Assembly (NCBI RefSeq): GCF_009914755.1
Contig: NC_060937.1
Length of the DNA stretch: 64,000 nt
Source: the human T2T-CHM13v2.0 reference genome, Homo sapiens
Reading direction: 5' to 3' (one strand)
The position numbers were made by a program, and so were the translations under genes. A model generated the notes under the pieces. It searched no databases, was not told the origin of the DNA, and saw nothing but the letters and a program-made list of their open reading frames with translations. Positions 1 to 17,300 of this stretch are shown here, one piece after another; the first letter of the stretch is position 1; each line of letters opens with the position of its first letter.

Positions 1-3000
1 TTTATTCTGTACATAAAATATCAAAGTACACCAAATATATATTCTATAGTGTACATAAAATATCAAAGTACCCAAACTATACATTATATACTGTACATAA
101 AATATGAAATTACATCAAATATATATTATATTAGGTACATAAAATATGAAAGTACATCAAATATAAATTATATACTGTACATAAAATACCAAAGAACCCC
201 CAATATATATTATATACTGTACATACAATATCAAAGTTCACAAACTATATATCATATACTGTACATAAAATATCAAAGTACTGAAAGTATATATTCTATA
301 CTGTACAAAAAATATCAAAGTACCCAAAGCATGTATTATATACTGTACATAAAATATGAAAGTACATCAAATATATATTTTATTCTGTACATAAAATATC
401 AAAGTACACCAAATATATATTCTATAGTGTACATAAAATATCAAAGTACCCAAACAATACATTATATCCTGTACATAAAATATGAAATTACATCAAATAT
501 ATATTATATTAGGTACATAAAATATGAAAGTACATCAAATATAAATTATATACTGTACATAAAATACCAAAGTACCCCAAATATATATTATATACTGTAC
601 ATGAAATATCAAAGTCCACAAACTATATATTATATACTGTACATAAAATATCAAAGTACCCAAGGTATATATTCTATACTCTACAAAAAATATCAAAGTA
701 TCCAAAGCATGTATTATATACGGTACATAAAATATGAAAGTACATCAAATATATATTTAATTCTGTACATAAAATATCAAAGTACACCAAATATATATTC
801 TATAGTGTACATAAAATATCAAAAGTAGCCAAACTATACACTATATACTGTACATAAAATATGAAATTACATCAAATATATATTATATTATGTACATGAA
901 ATATGAAAGTACATCAAATATAGATTATATACTGTACATAAAATACCAAAGTACACCAAATATATATTTTATACTGTACATGCAATATCAAAGTTCACAA
1001 ACTATATATTATATACTGTACATAAAATATCAAAGTACCCAAGGTATATATTCTATACTGTACAAAAAATATCAAAGTACCCAAAGCATGTATTATATAG
1101 TGTATATAAAATATGAAAGTACATCAAATATATATTTAATTCTGTACATAAAATATCAAAGTAAACCAAATATATATTCTATAGTGTACATAAAATATCA
1201 AAGTACCCAAACTATACATTATATACTGTACATAAAATATGAAATTACATCAAATATATATTATATTATGTACATAAAATATGAAAGTACATCAAATATA
1301 GATTATATACTGTACATAAAATACCAAAGAACCCCCAATATATATTATATACTCTACATGAAATATCAAAGTTCACAAACTATATATTATATACTGTAAA
1401 TAAAATATCAAAGTACCCAAGGTATATATTCTATACTGTACAAAAAATATCAAAGTTCCCAAAGCATGTATTATATACTGTACATAAAATATGAAAGTAC
1501 ATCAAATATATATTTTATTCTGTACATAAAATATCGAAGTACACCAAATATATATTCTATAGTGTACATAAAATATCAAAGTACCCAAACCATACATTAT
1601 ATACTGTACATAAAATATGAAATTACATCAAATATATATTATATTAGGTACATAAAATATGAAAGTACATCAAATATAGATTATATAGTGTACATAAAAT
1701 ACCAAATTACCCCAAATATATATTATATACTGTACATGAAATATCAAAGTTCACAAACTATATATTATATACTGTACATAAAATATGAAAGTACCGAAGG
1801 TATATATTCTATACTCTACAAAAAATATCAAAGTACCCAAAGCATGTATTATATACGATACATAAAATATGGAAGTACATCAAATATATATTTAATTCTG
1901 TACATAAAATATCAAAGTACACCAAATATATATTCTATAGTGTACATAAAATATCAAAGTACCCAAACTATACATTATATACTGTACATAAAATATGAAA
2001 TTACGTCAAATATATATTATATTATGTACATAAAATATGAAAGTACATCAAATATAGATTATATACTGTACATAAAATACCAAAGTACACCAAATATATA
2101 TTTTATACTGTACATGAAATATCAAAGTTCACAAACTACATATTATATACTGTAGATAAAATATCAAAGTACCCAAGGTATATATTCTATACTGTACAAA
2201 AAATATCAAAGTACCCAAAGCATGTATTATATACTGTACATAAAATATGAAAGTACATCAAATATAGATTTTATTCTGTACATAAAATATCAAAGTACAC
2301 TAAATATATATTCTATAGTGTACATAAAATATCAAACTACCCAAACTATACATTATATACTGTACATAAAGTATGAAATTACATCAAATATATATTATAT
2401 TAGGTACATAAAATATGAAAGTACATCAAATATAAATTATATACTGTACATAAAATATCAAAGTACCCCCAATATATATTATATACTGTACATACAATAT
2501 CAAAGTTCAAAAACTATATATTATATACTGTACATAAAATATCAAAGTACACAAGGTATATATTCTATACTGTACAAAAAATATCAAAGTATCCAAAACA
2601 TGTATTATATACTGTTCATAAAATATCAAAGTACATCAAATATATATTTTATTCTGTACATAAAATATCAAAGTACACCATATATATATTCTATAGTGTA
2701 CATAAAATATCAAAGTACCCAAACTATACATTATATACTGTACATAAAGTATGAAATTACATCAAATATATATTATATTAGGTACATAAAATATGAAAGT
2801 ACATCAAATACAGATTACATACGGTACATAAAATACCAAAGTACCCCAAATATATATTTTATACTGCACATGCAATATCAAAGTTCACAAACTCTATATT
2901 ATATACTGTACATAAAATATCAAAGTACCCAAGGTATATATTCTATACTGTACAAAAAATATCAAAGTACCCAAAACATGTATTACATACTGTTCATAAA

Positions 3001-6000
3001 ATATGAAAGTACATCAAATATATATTTTATTCTGTACATAAAATATCAAAGTACACCAAATATATATTCTATAGTGTACATAAAATATCAAAGTACCCAA
3101 ACTATACATTATATACTGTACATAAAATATGAAATTACATCAAATATATATTATATTAGGTACATAAAATATGAAAGTACATCAAATATAGATTATACAC
3201 TGTACATAAAATACCAAAGAATCCCAAATATATATTATATACTGTACATGAAATATCAAAGTTCACAAACTATATATTATATACTGTACATAAAATATCA
3301 AAGTACCCAAGGTATATATTCTATACTATACAAAAAATATCAAAGTACCCAAAGCATGTATTATATACTGTTCAAAAAATATGAAAGTACATCAAATATA
3401 TATGTTATTCTGTACATAAAATATCAAAGTACACAAAATATATATTCTATAGTGTACATAAAATATCAAATTACCCAAACTATACATTATATACTGTACA
3501 TAAAGTATGAAATTACATCAAATATATATTATATTAGGTACATAAAATATGAAAGTACATCAAATATAAATTATATACTGTACATAAAATATCAAAGTAC
3601 CCCCAATATATATTATATACTGTACATGAAATATCAAAGTTCAAAAACTATATATTATATACTGTACATAAAATATCAAAGTACACAAGGTATATATTCT
3701 ATACTGTACAAAAAATATCAAAGTATCCAAAACATGTATTATATACTGTTCATAAAATATCAAAGTACATCAAATATATATTTTATTCTGTACATAAAAT
3801 ATCAAAGTACACCAAATATATATTCTATAGTGTACATAAAATATCAAAGTACCCAAACTATACATTATATACTGTACATAAAGTATGAAATTACATCAAA
3901 TATATATTATATTAGGTACATAAAATATGAAAGTACATCAAGTATAGATTATATACTGTACATAAAATATCAAAGTACCCCAAATATATATTATATACTG
4001 TATATGAAATATCAAAGTTCACAAACTATATATTATATACTGTAAATAATATATCAAAGTACCCAAGGTATATATTCTATACTGTACAAAAAATATCAAA
4101 GTACCCAAAGCATGTATTATATACTGTACATAAAATATGAAAGTACATCAAATATATATTTAATTCTGTACATAAAATATCAAAGTACACCAAATATATA
4201 TTCTATAGTGTACTTAAAATATCAAAGTACCCAAACTATACATTATATACTGTACATAAAATATGAAATTACATCAAATATATATTATATTAGGCACATA
4301 AAATATGAAAGAATATCAATTATAGATTATATACTGTACATGAAATACCAAAGTACCCCAAATATATATTTTATACTGTACATGCAATATCAAAGTTCAC
4401 AAACTACATATTATATACTGTACATAAATATCAATGTGCCCAAGGTATATATTCTATGCTGTACAAAAAATATCAAAGTACCCAAAGCATGTATTATATA
4501 CTGTACATAAAATATGAAAGTACATCAAATAAATATTTTATTCTGTACATAAAATATCAAAGTACACCAAATACATATTCTATAGTGTACATAAAATATC
4601 AAAGTACCCAAACTATACATTATGTACTGTACATAAAATATGAAATTACATCAAATATATACTATATTATGTACATAAAATATGAAAGTACATCAAATAT
4701 AGATTATATACTGTACATAAAATACCAAAGTTCCCCAAACAAATATTTTATACTGTACATGCAATATCAAAGTTCACAAACTATATATTATATACTGTAC
4801 ATAAAATATCAAAGTACCCAAGGTATATATTCTATACTCTACAAAAAATATCAAAGTACCCAAAGCATGTATTATATACGGTACATAAAATATGAAAGTA
4901 CATCAAATATATATTTAATTCTGTACATAAAATATCAAAGTACACCAAATATATATTCTATACTGTACATAAAATATCAAAGTTCACAAACTATACATTA
5001 TATACTGTACATAAAATATGAAATTACATCAAATATATATTATATTAGGTACATAAAATATGAAAGTACATCAAATATAGATTATATACTGTACATAAAA
5101 TACCAAAGAACCCCAAATATATATTATATACTGTACATGAAATATCAAAGTTCACAAACTATATATTATATACTGTACATAAAATATCAAAGTACCCAAG
5201 GTATATATTCTACACTGTACAAAAAATGTCAAAGTACCCAAAGCATGTATTATATACTGTTAATAAAATATGAAAGTACATCAAATATATATTTTATTCT
5301 GTACATAAAATATCAAAGTACACCAAATATACATTCTATAGTGTACATAAAATATCAAATTACCCAAACTATACATTATATACTGTACATAAAATATGAA
5401 ATTACATCAAATATATATTATATTAGGTACATAAAATATGAAAGTACATCAAATATATATTATATACTGTACATAAAGTACCAAATTAACCCAAATACAT
5501 ATTATATACTGTACATGAAATATCAAAGTTCACAAACTATATATTATATACTGTACATAAAATATCAAAGTACCCAAGGTATCTATTCTATACTGTACAA
5601 AAAATATCAAAGTACCCAAAGCATGTATTATATACTGTACATAAAATATGAAAGTACATCAAATATATATTTTATTCTGTACATAAAATATCAAAGTACA
5701 CCAAATATATATTCTATAGTGTACATAAAATATCAAAGTACCCAAACTATACATTATATACTGTACATAAAATATGAAATTACATCAAATATATATTACA
5801 TTAGCTACATAAAATATGAAAGTACATCAAATATAGATTATATACTGTACATAAAATATCAAAGTACCCCAAATATATATTATATACTGTACATGAAATA
5901 TCAAAGTTCACAAACTATATATCGTATACTGTACATAAAATATCAAAGTACCCAAGGTATATATTCTATACTGTACAAAAAATATCAAAGTACCCAAAGC

Positions 6001-9000
6001 ATGTATTATATACTGTACATAAAATATGAAAGTACATCAAATATATAATTTACTCTGTACATAAAATATCAAAGTACACCAAATATATATTCTATAGTGT
6101 ACATAAAATATCAAAGTACCCAAACTATACATTATATACTGTACATAAAATATGAAATTACGTCAAATATATATTATATTATGTACATAAAATATGAAAG
6201 TACATCAAATATAGATTATATACTGTACATAAAATACCAAAGTACACCAAATATATATTTTATATTGTACATGAAATATCAAAGTTCACAAACTATATAT
6301 TATATACTGTACATAAAATATCAAAGTACCCAAGGTATATATTCTATACTCTACAAAAAATATCAAAGTACCCAAAGCATGTATTATATACGGTACATAA
6401 AATATGAAAGTACATCAAATATATATTTAATTCCGTACATAAAATATCAAAGTACACCAAATATATATTCTATAGTGTACATAAAATATCAAAGTATCCA
6501 AAGTATACATTATATACTGTACATAAAATATGAAATTACATCAAATATATATTATATTATGTACATAAAACATGAAAGTACATCAAATATATATTATATA
6601 CTGTACATAAAATACCAAAGTACCCCAAATACATATTTTATACCGTACATGCAATATCAAAGTTCACAAACTATATATTATATACTGTACATAAAATATC
6701 AAAGTACCCAAGGTATATATTCTATACTGTACAAAAAATATCAAAGTATCCAAAGCATGTATTATATACTGTACATAAAATATGAAAGTACATCAAATAT
6801 ATATTTTATTCTGTACATAAAATATCAAAGTACACCAAATATATATTCTATAGTGTACATAAAATATCAAACTACCCAAACTATACATTATATACTGTAC
6901 ATAAAACATGAAATTACATCCAATATATATTATATTAGGTACATAAAATATGAAAGTACATCAAATATAAATTATATACTGTACATAAAATACCAAAGTA
7001 CCCCGAATATATATTATATACTGTACATGCATTATCAAAGTTCACAAACTATATATTATATACTGTACATAAAATATCAAAGTACCCAAGGTATATATTC
7101 TATACTGTACAAATAATATCAAAGTACCCAAAGCATGTATTATATACTGTACATAAAATATGAAAGTACATCAAATATATATTTTATTCTGTACATAAAA
7201 TATCAAAGTACACTAAATATATATTCTATAGTGTACATAAAATATCAAAGTACCCAAACTATACATTATATACTGTACATAAAATATGAAATTACATCAT
7301 ATATATATCATATTAGGTACATAAAATATGAAAGTACATCAAATATAGATTATATACTGTACATAAAATACCAAAGTACCCCAAATACATATTATATACT
7401 GTACATGAAATATCAAAGTTCACAAACTATATATTATATACTGTACATAAAATATCAAAGTACCCAAGGTATATATTCTATACTGTACAAAAAATATCAA
7501 AGTACCCAAAGCAAGTATTATATACTGTACATAAAATATGAAAGTACATCAAATATATATTTTATTCTGTACATAAAATATCAAAGTACACCAAATATAT
7601 ATTCTATAGTGTACATAAAATATCAAAGTAGCCAAACTATACATTTTAAACTGTACATAAAATATGAAATTACATCAAATATACACTATATTATGTACAT
7701 AAAATATGAAAGTACATCAAATATAGATTATATACTGTACATAAAATACCAAAGTACCCCAAATATATATTATATACTGTACATGAAATATCAAAGTTCA
7801 CAAACTATATATTATATACTGTACATAAAATACCAAACTACCCAAGGTATATATTCTATACTGTACAAAAAATATCAAAGTACCCAAAGCATGTATTAAA
7901 TAGTGTATATAAAATATGAAAGTACATCAAATATATATTTAATTCTGTACATAAAATATCAAAGTAAACCAAATATATATTCTATAGTGTACATAAAATA
8001 TCAAAGTACCCAAACTATACATTATATACTGTACAGAAAATATGAAATTACATCAAATATATATTATATTATGTACATAAAATATGAAAGTACATCAAAT
8101 ATAGATTATATACTGTACATAAAATACCAAAGAACCCCAAATATATATTATATACTCTACATGAAATATCAAAGTTCACAAACTATATATTATATACTGT
8201 ACATAAAATATCAAAGTACCCAAGGTATATATTCTATACTGTACAAAAAATATCAAAGTACCCAAAGCATGTATTATATACTGTACATAAAATATGAAAG
8301 TACATCAAATATATATTTTGTTCTGTACATAAAATATCAAAGTACACCAAATATATATTCTATAGTGTACATTAAATATCAAAGTACCCAAAATATACAT
8401 TATATACTGTACATAAAATATGAAATTACATCAAATATATATTATATTAGGTACATAAAATATGAAAGTACATGAAATACATATTATATACTGTACATAA
8501 AATACCAAAGTACTCCAAATACATATTATATACTGTACATGAAATATCAAAGTTCACAAACTATATATTATATACTGTACATAAAAAATCAAAGTACCAA
8601 AGGTATATATTCTATACTGTACAACAAATATCAAAGTACCCAAAGCATGTATTATATACTGTACATAAAATATGAAAGTACATCAAATATATATTTTATG
8701 CTGTACATAAAATATCAAAGTACACCAAATATATATTCTATAGTGTACATAAAATAGCAAAGTACCCAAACTATACATTATATACTGTACATAAAACATG
8801 AAATTACATCAAATATATATTATATTAGGTACATAAAATATGAAAGTACATCAAATGTAAATTATATACTGTACATAAAATACCAAAGAACCCCAAATAT
8901 ATATTATATACTGTACATGAAATATCAAAGTTCACAAACTATATATTATATACTGTACATAAAATATCAAAGTACCCAAGGTATATATTCTATACTGTAC

Positions 9001-9072
9001 AAAAAATATCAAAGTACCCAAAGCAAGTATTATATACGGTACATAAAATATGAAAGTACATCAAATATATAT

Positions 9073-11440
9073 TTTATTCTGTACATAAAATATCAAAGTA
9101 CACCAAATATATATTCTATAGTGTACATAAAATATCAAAGTACCCAAACTATACATTATATACTGTACATAAAATATGAAATTACATCAAATATATATTA
9201 TATTAGGTACATAAAATATGAAAGTACATCAAATATAAATTATATACTGTACATAAAATACCAAAGAACCCCCAATATATATTATATACTGTACATACAA
9301 TATCAAAGTTCACAAACTATATATCATATACTGTACATAAAATATCAAAGTACCGAAAGTATATATTCTATACTGTACAAAAAATATCAAAGTACCCAAA
9401 GCATGTATTATATACTGTACATAAAACATGAAAGTACATCAAATATATATTTTATTCTGTACATAAAATATCAAAGTACACCAAATATATATTCTATAGT
9501 GTACATAAAATATCAAAGTACCCAAACAATACATTATATCCTGTACATAAAATATGAAATTACATCAAATATATATTATATTAGGTACATAAAATATGAA
9601 AGTACATCAAATATAAATTATATACTGTACATAAAATACCAAAGTACCCCAAATATATATTATATACTGTACATGAAATATCAAAGTACACAAACTATAT
9701 ATTATATACTGTACATAAAATATCAAAGTACCCAAGGTATATATTCTATACTCTACAAAAAATATCAAAGTACCCAAAGCATGTATTATATACGGTACAT
9801 AAAATATGAAAGTACATCAAATATATATTTAATTCTGTACATAAAATATCAAAGTACACCAAATATATATTCTATAGTGTACATAAAATATCAAAGTAGC
9901 CAAACTATACACTATATACTGTACATAAAATATGAAATTACATCAAATATATATTATATTATGTACATGAAATATGAAAGTACATCAAATATAGATTATA
10001 TACTGTACATAAAATACCAAAGTACACCAAATATATATTTTATACTGTACATGCAATATCAAAGTTCACAAACTATATATTATATACTGTACATAAAATA
10101 TCAAAGTACCCAAGGTATATATTCTATACTGTACAAAAAATATCAAAGTACCCAAAGCATGTATTATATAGTGTATATAAAATATGAAAGTACATCAAAT
10201 ATATATTTAATTCTGTACATAAAATATCAAAGTAAACCAAATATATATTCTATAGTGTACATAAAATATCAAAGTACCCAAACTATACATTATATACTGT
10301 ACATAAAATATGAAATTACATCAAATATATATTATATTATGTACATAAAATATGAAAGTACATCAAATATAGATTATATACTGTACATAAAATACCAAAG
10401 AACCCCCAATATATATTATATACTCTACATGAAATATCAAAGTTCACAAACTATATATTATATACTGTAAATAAAATATCAAAGTACCCAAGGTATATAT
10501 TCTATACTGTACAAAAAATATCAAAGTTCCCAAAGCATGTATTATATACTGTACATAAAATATGAAAGTACATCAAATATATATTTTATTCTGTACATAA
10601 AATATCGAAGTACACCAAATATATATTCTATAGTGTACATAAAATATCAAAGTACCCAAACCATACATTATATACTGTACATAAAATATGAAATTACATC
10701 AAATATATATTATATTAGGTACATAAAATATGAAAGTACATCAAATATAGATTATATAGTGTACATAAAATACCAAATTACCCCAAATATATATTATATA
10801 CTATACATGAAATATCAAAGTTCACAAACTATATATTATATACTGTACATAAAATATGAAAGTACCGAAGGTATATATTCTATACTCTACAAAAAATATC
10901 AAAGTACCCAAAGCATGTATTATATACGATACATAAAATATGGAAGTACATCAAATATATATTTAATTCTGTACATAAAATATCAAAGTACACCAAATAT
11001 ATATTCTATAGTGTACATAAAATATCAAAGTACCCAAACTATACATTATATACTGTACATAAAATATGAAATTACGTCAAATATATATTATATTATGTAC
11101 ATAAAATATGAAAGTACATCAAATATAGATTATATACTGTACATAAAATACCAAAGTACACCAAATATATATTTTATACTGTACATGAAATATCAAAGTT
11201 CACAAACTACATATTATATACTGTAGATAAAATATCAAAGTACCCAAGGTATATATTCTATACTGTACAAAAAATATCAAAGTACCCAAAGCATGTATTA
11301 TATACTGTACATAAAATATGAAAGTACATCAAATATAGATTTTATTCTGTACATAAAATATCAAAGTACACTAAATATATATTCTATAGTGTACATAAAA
11401 TATCAAACTACCCAAACTATACATTATATACTGTACATAA
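9073..11440 (+). repeat. Near-identical copy of 1-2370 (offset 9072/9071 = 24 HOR units)
   Basis: ORF 1466..2155 and ORF 10537..11226 translate identically. Shared rare variants: atcgaagt, tacgatac, tatggaagt, ctgtagata, aagttcccaa, atagattttatt. Confidence 0.92.
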
Positions 11441-12449
11441 AATATGAAATTACATCAAATATATATTATATTAGGTACATAAAATATGAAAGTACATCAA
11501 ATATAGATTATATACTGTACATAAAATACCAAAGTACACCAAATATATATTTTATACTGTACATGCAATATCAAAGTTCACAAACTATATATTATATACT
11601 GTACATAAAATATCAAAGTACCCAAGGTATATATTCTATACTGTACAAAAAATATCAAAGTACCCAAAGCATGTATTATATACTGTACATAAAATATGAA
11701 AGTACATCAAATATATATTTTATTCTGTACATAAAATATCAAAGTACACTAAATATATATTCTATAGTGTACATAAAATATCAAAGTACCCAAACTATAC
11801 ATTATATACTGTACATAAAATATGAAATTACATCAAATATATATTATATTAGGTACATAAAATATGAAAGTACATCAAATATAGATTATATACTGTACAT
11901 AAAATACCAAAGTTCCCCAAATACATATTATATACTGTACATGAAATATCAAAGTTCACAAACTATATATTATATACTGTACATAAAATATCAAAGTACC
12001 CAAGTTATATATTCTATACTGTACAAAAAATATCAAAGTACCCAAAGCAAGTATTATATACTGTACATAAAATATGAAAGTACATCAAATATATATTTTA
12101 TTCTGTACATAAAATATCAAAGTACACCAAATATATATTCTATAGTGTACATAAAATATCAAAGTACCCAAACTATACATTATATACTTTACATAAAATA
12201 TGAAATTACATCAAATATATATTATATTAGGTACATAAAATATGAAAGTACATCAAATATAAATTATATACTGTACATAAAATACCAAAGTACCCCAAAT
12301 ATATATTATAAACTGTACATGCAATATCAAAGTTCACAAACTATATATCATATACTGTACATAAAATATCAAAGTACCGAAGTTATATATTCTATACTGT
12401 ACAAAAAATATCAAAGTACCCAAAGCATGTATTATATACTGTACATAAA

Positions 12450-14320
12450 ATATGAAATTACATCAAATATATATTATATTATGCACATAAAATATGAAAG
12501 TACATCAAATATATATTATATACTGTACATAAAATACCAAAGTACCCCAAATACATATTATATACCGTACATGAAATATCAAAGTTCACAAACTATATAT
12601 TATATACTGTACATAAAATATCAAAGTACCGAAGGTATATATTCTATACTGTACAAAAAATATCAAAGTACCCAAAGCATGTATTATATAGTGTACATAA
12701 AATATGAAAGTACATCAAATATATATTTTATTCTGTACATAAAATATCAAAGTATACCAAATATATATTCTATAGTGTACATAAAATATCAAACTACCCA
12801 AACTATACATTATATACTGTACATAAAACATGAAATTACATCCAATATATATTATATTAGGTACATAAAATATGAAAGTACATCAAATATAAATTATATA
12901 CTGTACATAAAATACCAAAGTACCCCAAATATATATTATATACTGTACATGAAATATCAAAGTTCACAAACTATATATTATATACTGTACATAAAAAATC
13001 AAAGTAACCAAGGTATATATTCTATACTGTACAAAAAATATCAAAGTACCCAAAGCATGTATTATATACTGTACATAAAATATGAAAGTACATCAAATAT
13101 ATATTTTATTCTGTACATAAAATATCAAAGTACACTAAATATATATTCTATAGTGTACATAAAATATCAAAGTACCCAAACTATACATTATATACTGTAC
13201 ATAAAATATGAAATTACATCAAATATATATTATATTAGGTACATAAAATATGAAAGTACATCAAATATAGATTATATACTGTACATAAAATACCAAAGTA
13301 ACCCAAATACATATTATATACTGTACATGAAATATCAAAGTTCACAAACTATATATTATATACTGTACATAAAATATCAAAGTACCCAAAGTATATATTC
13401 TATACTGTACAAAAAATATCAAAGTACCCAAAGCAAGTATTATATACTGTACATAAAATATGAAAGTACATCAAGTATATATTTTATTCTGTACATAAAA
13501 TATCAAAGTACACCAAATATATATTCTATAGTGTACATAAAATATCAAAGTAGCCAAACTATACATTTTAAACTGTACATAAAATATAAAATTACATCAA
13601 ATACACACTATATTATGTACATAAAATATGAAAGTACATCAAATATAGATTATATACTGTACATAAAATACCAAAGTACACCAAATATATATTATATACT
13701 GTACATGAAATATCAAAGTTCACAAACTATATATTATATACTGTACATAAAATATCAAACTACCCAAGGTATATATTCTATACTGTACAAAAAATATCAA
13801 AGTACCCAAAGCATGTATTATATAGTGTATATAAAATATGAAAGTACTTCAAATATATATTTAATTCTGTACATAAAATATCAAAGTAAACCAAATATAT
13901 ATTCTATAGTGTACATAAAATATCAAAGTACCCAAACTATACATTATATACTGTACAGAAAATATGAAATTACATCAAATACATATTATATTATGTACAT
14001 AAAATATGAAAGTACATCAAATATAGATTATATACTGTACATAAAATACCAAAGAACCCCAAATATATATTATATACTCTACATGAAATATCAAAGTTCA
14101 CAAACTATATATTATATACTGTACATAAAATATCAAAGTACCCAAGGTATATATTCTATACTGTAGAAAAAATATCAAAGTACCCAAAGCATGTATTATA
14201 TACTGTACATAAAATATGAAAGTACATCAAATATATATTTTATTCTGTACATAAAATATCAAAGTACACCAAATATATATTCTATAGTGTACATTAAATA
14301 TCAAACTACCCAAACTATAC
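12450..14320 (+). repeat. Copy of ~6530-8400 (offset 5922)
   Basis: Shared variants taccgtac, aaaacatgaaattacatccaat, agtagccaaactatacattttaaac, agtaaacc, gtacagaaaa and gtgtacattaaa all lie 5922 bp apart (16x378-126). Confidence 0.85.
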
Positions 14321-17300
14321 ATTATATACTGTACATAAAATATGAAATTACATCAAATATATATTATATTAGGTACATAAAATATGAAAGTACATCAAAG
14401 ATATATTATATACTGTACATAAAATACCAAAGTACCCCAAATACATATTATATACTGTACATGAAATATCAAAGTTCACAAACTATATATTATATATTGT
14501 ACATAAAATATCAAAGTACCCAAGGTATATATTCTATACTGTACAAAAAATATCAAAGTACCCAAAGCATGTATTATATACTGTACATAAAATATGAAAG
14601 TACATGAAATATATATTTTATTCGGTACATAAAATATGAAAGTACACCAAATATATATTCTACAGTGTACATAAAATATCAAAGTACCCAAACTATACAT
14701 TATATACTGTACATAAAATATGAAATTACATCAAATATATATTATATTAGGTACATAAAATATGAAAGTACATCAAATATAGATTATATACAGTACATAA
14801 ATTACCAAAGTACCCCAAATATATATTATATACTTTACATGCAATATCAAAGTTCACAAACTATATATCTTATACTGTACATAAAATATCAAAGGACCAA
14901 AGGTATATATTCTATACTGTACAAAAAATATCAAAGTACGCAAAGCATGTATTATATACTGTACATAAAATATGAAAGTACATCAAATATATATTTTATT
15001 CTGTACATAAAATATCAAAGTACACCAAATATATATTCTACAGTGTACATAAAATATCAAAGTACCCAAACTATACATTATATACTGTACATAAAATATG
15101 AAATTACATCAAATATATATTATGTTAGGAACATAAAATATGAAAGTATATGAAATATATATTATATACTGTACATAAAATACCAAAGTACCCCAAATAC
15201 ATATTATATACTGTACATTAAATATCAAAGTTCACAAACTATATATTATATACTGTACATAAAAAATCAAGGTACCAAAGGTATATATTCTATACTGTAC
15301 AACAAATATCAAAGTACCCAAAGCATGTATTATATACTGTACATAAAATATGAAAGTACATGAAATATATATTTTATTCGGTACATAAAATATGAAAGTA
15401 CACCAAATATATATTCTATAGTGTACATAAAATATCAAAGTACCCAAACTATACATTATATACTGTACATAAAATCTGAAATTACATCAAATATATATTA
15501 TATTAGGTACATAAAATATTAAAGTACATCAAATATAAATTATATACTGTACATAAAATACCAAAGAACCCCCAATATATATTATATACTGTACATGCAA
15601 TATCAAAGTTCACAAACTATATATCATATACTGTACATAAAATATCAAAGTACCGAAAGTATATATTCTATACTGTACAAAAAATATCAAAGTACCCAAA
15701 GCATGTATTATATCCTGTACATAAAATATGAAAGTACATCAAATATATATTTTATTCTGTACATAAAATATCAAAGTACACCAAATATATATTCTATAGT
15801 GTACATAAAATATCAAAGTACCCAAACAATACATTATATACTGTACATAAATTATGAAATTACATCAAATATATATTATATTAGGTACATAAAATATGAA
15901 AGTACATCAAATATAAATTATATACTGTACATAAAATACCAAAGTACCCCAAATATATATTATATACTGTACATGCAATATCAAAGTTCACAAACTATAT
16001 ATCATATACTGTACATAAAATATCAAAGTACTGAAGGTATATATTCTATACTCTACAAAAAATATCAAAGTACCCAAAGCATGTATTATATATGGTACAT
16101 AAAATATGAAAGTACATCAAATATATATTTTATTCTGTACATAAAATATCAAAGTACACCAAATATATATTCTATAGTGTACATAAAATATCAAAGTACC
16201 CAAACTATACATTATAAACTGTACACAAAATATGAAATTACATCAAATATATACTATATTATGTACATAAAATATGAAAGTACATCAAATATAGATTATA
16301 TACTGTACATAAAATACCAAAGTACCCCAAATTAATATTTTATACTGCACATGCAATATCAAAGTTCACAAACAATATATTATATACTGTACATAAAATA
16401 TCAAAGTACCGAAGGTATATATTCTATACTGTACAAAAAATATCAAAGTACCCAAAGCATGTATTATATACTGTACATAAAATATGAAAGTACATCAAAT
16501 ATGTATTTTATTCTGTACATAAAATATCAAAGTACACCAAATATATATTCTATAGTGTACATAAAATATCAAAGTACCCAAACCATACATTATATACTGT
16601 ACATAAAATATGAAATTACATCAAATATATATTATATTAGGTACATAAAATATGAAAGTACATCAAATATAGATTATATAGTGTACATAAAATGCCAAAG
16701 TACCCCAAATATATATTATATACCGTACATGAAATATCAAAGTTCACAAACTATATATTATATACTGTACATAAAATATCAAGGTACCCAAGGTATATAT
16801 TCTATACTCTACAAAAAATATCAAAGTACCCAAAGCATGTATTATATACTGTACATAAAATAAGAAAGTACATCAAATATATATTTAATTCTGTACATAA
16901 TATATCAAAGTACACCAAATATATATTCTATAGTGTACATAAAATATCAAAGTACCCAAACTATACATTATATACTGTACATAAAATATGAAATTACATC
17001 AAATATATATTATATTATGTACATAAAATATGAAAGTACATCAAATGTAGATTATATACTGTACATAAAATACCAAAGAACCGCAAATATATATTATATA
17101 CTGTACATGAAATATCAAACTTCACAAACTATATATTATATACTGTACATAAAATATCAAAGTACCCAAGGTATATATTCTATACTGTACAAAAAATATC
17201 AAAGTACCCAAAGCATGTATTATATACTGTACATAAAATATGAACGTACATCAAATATATATTTTATTCTGTACATAAAATATCAAAGTACACTAAATAT

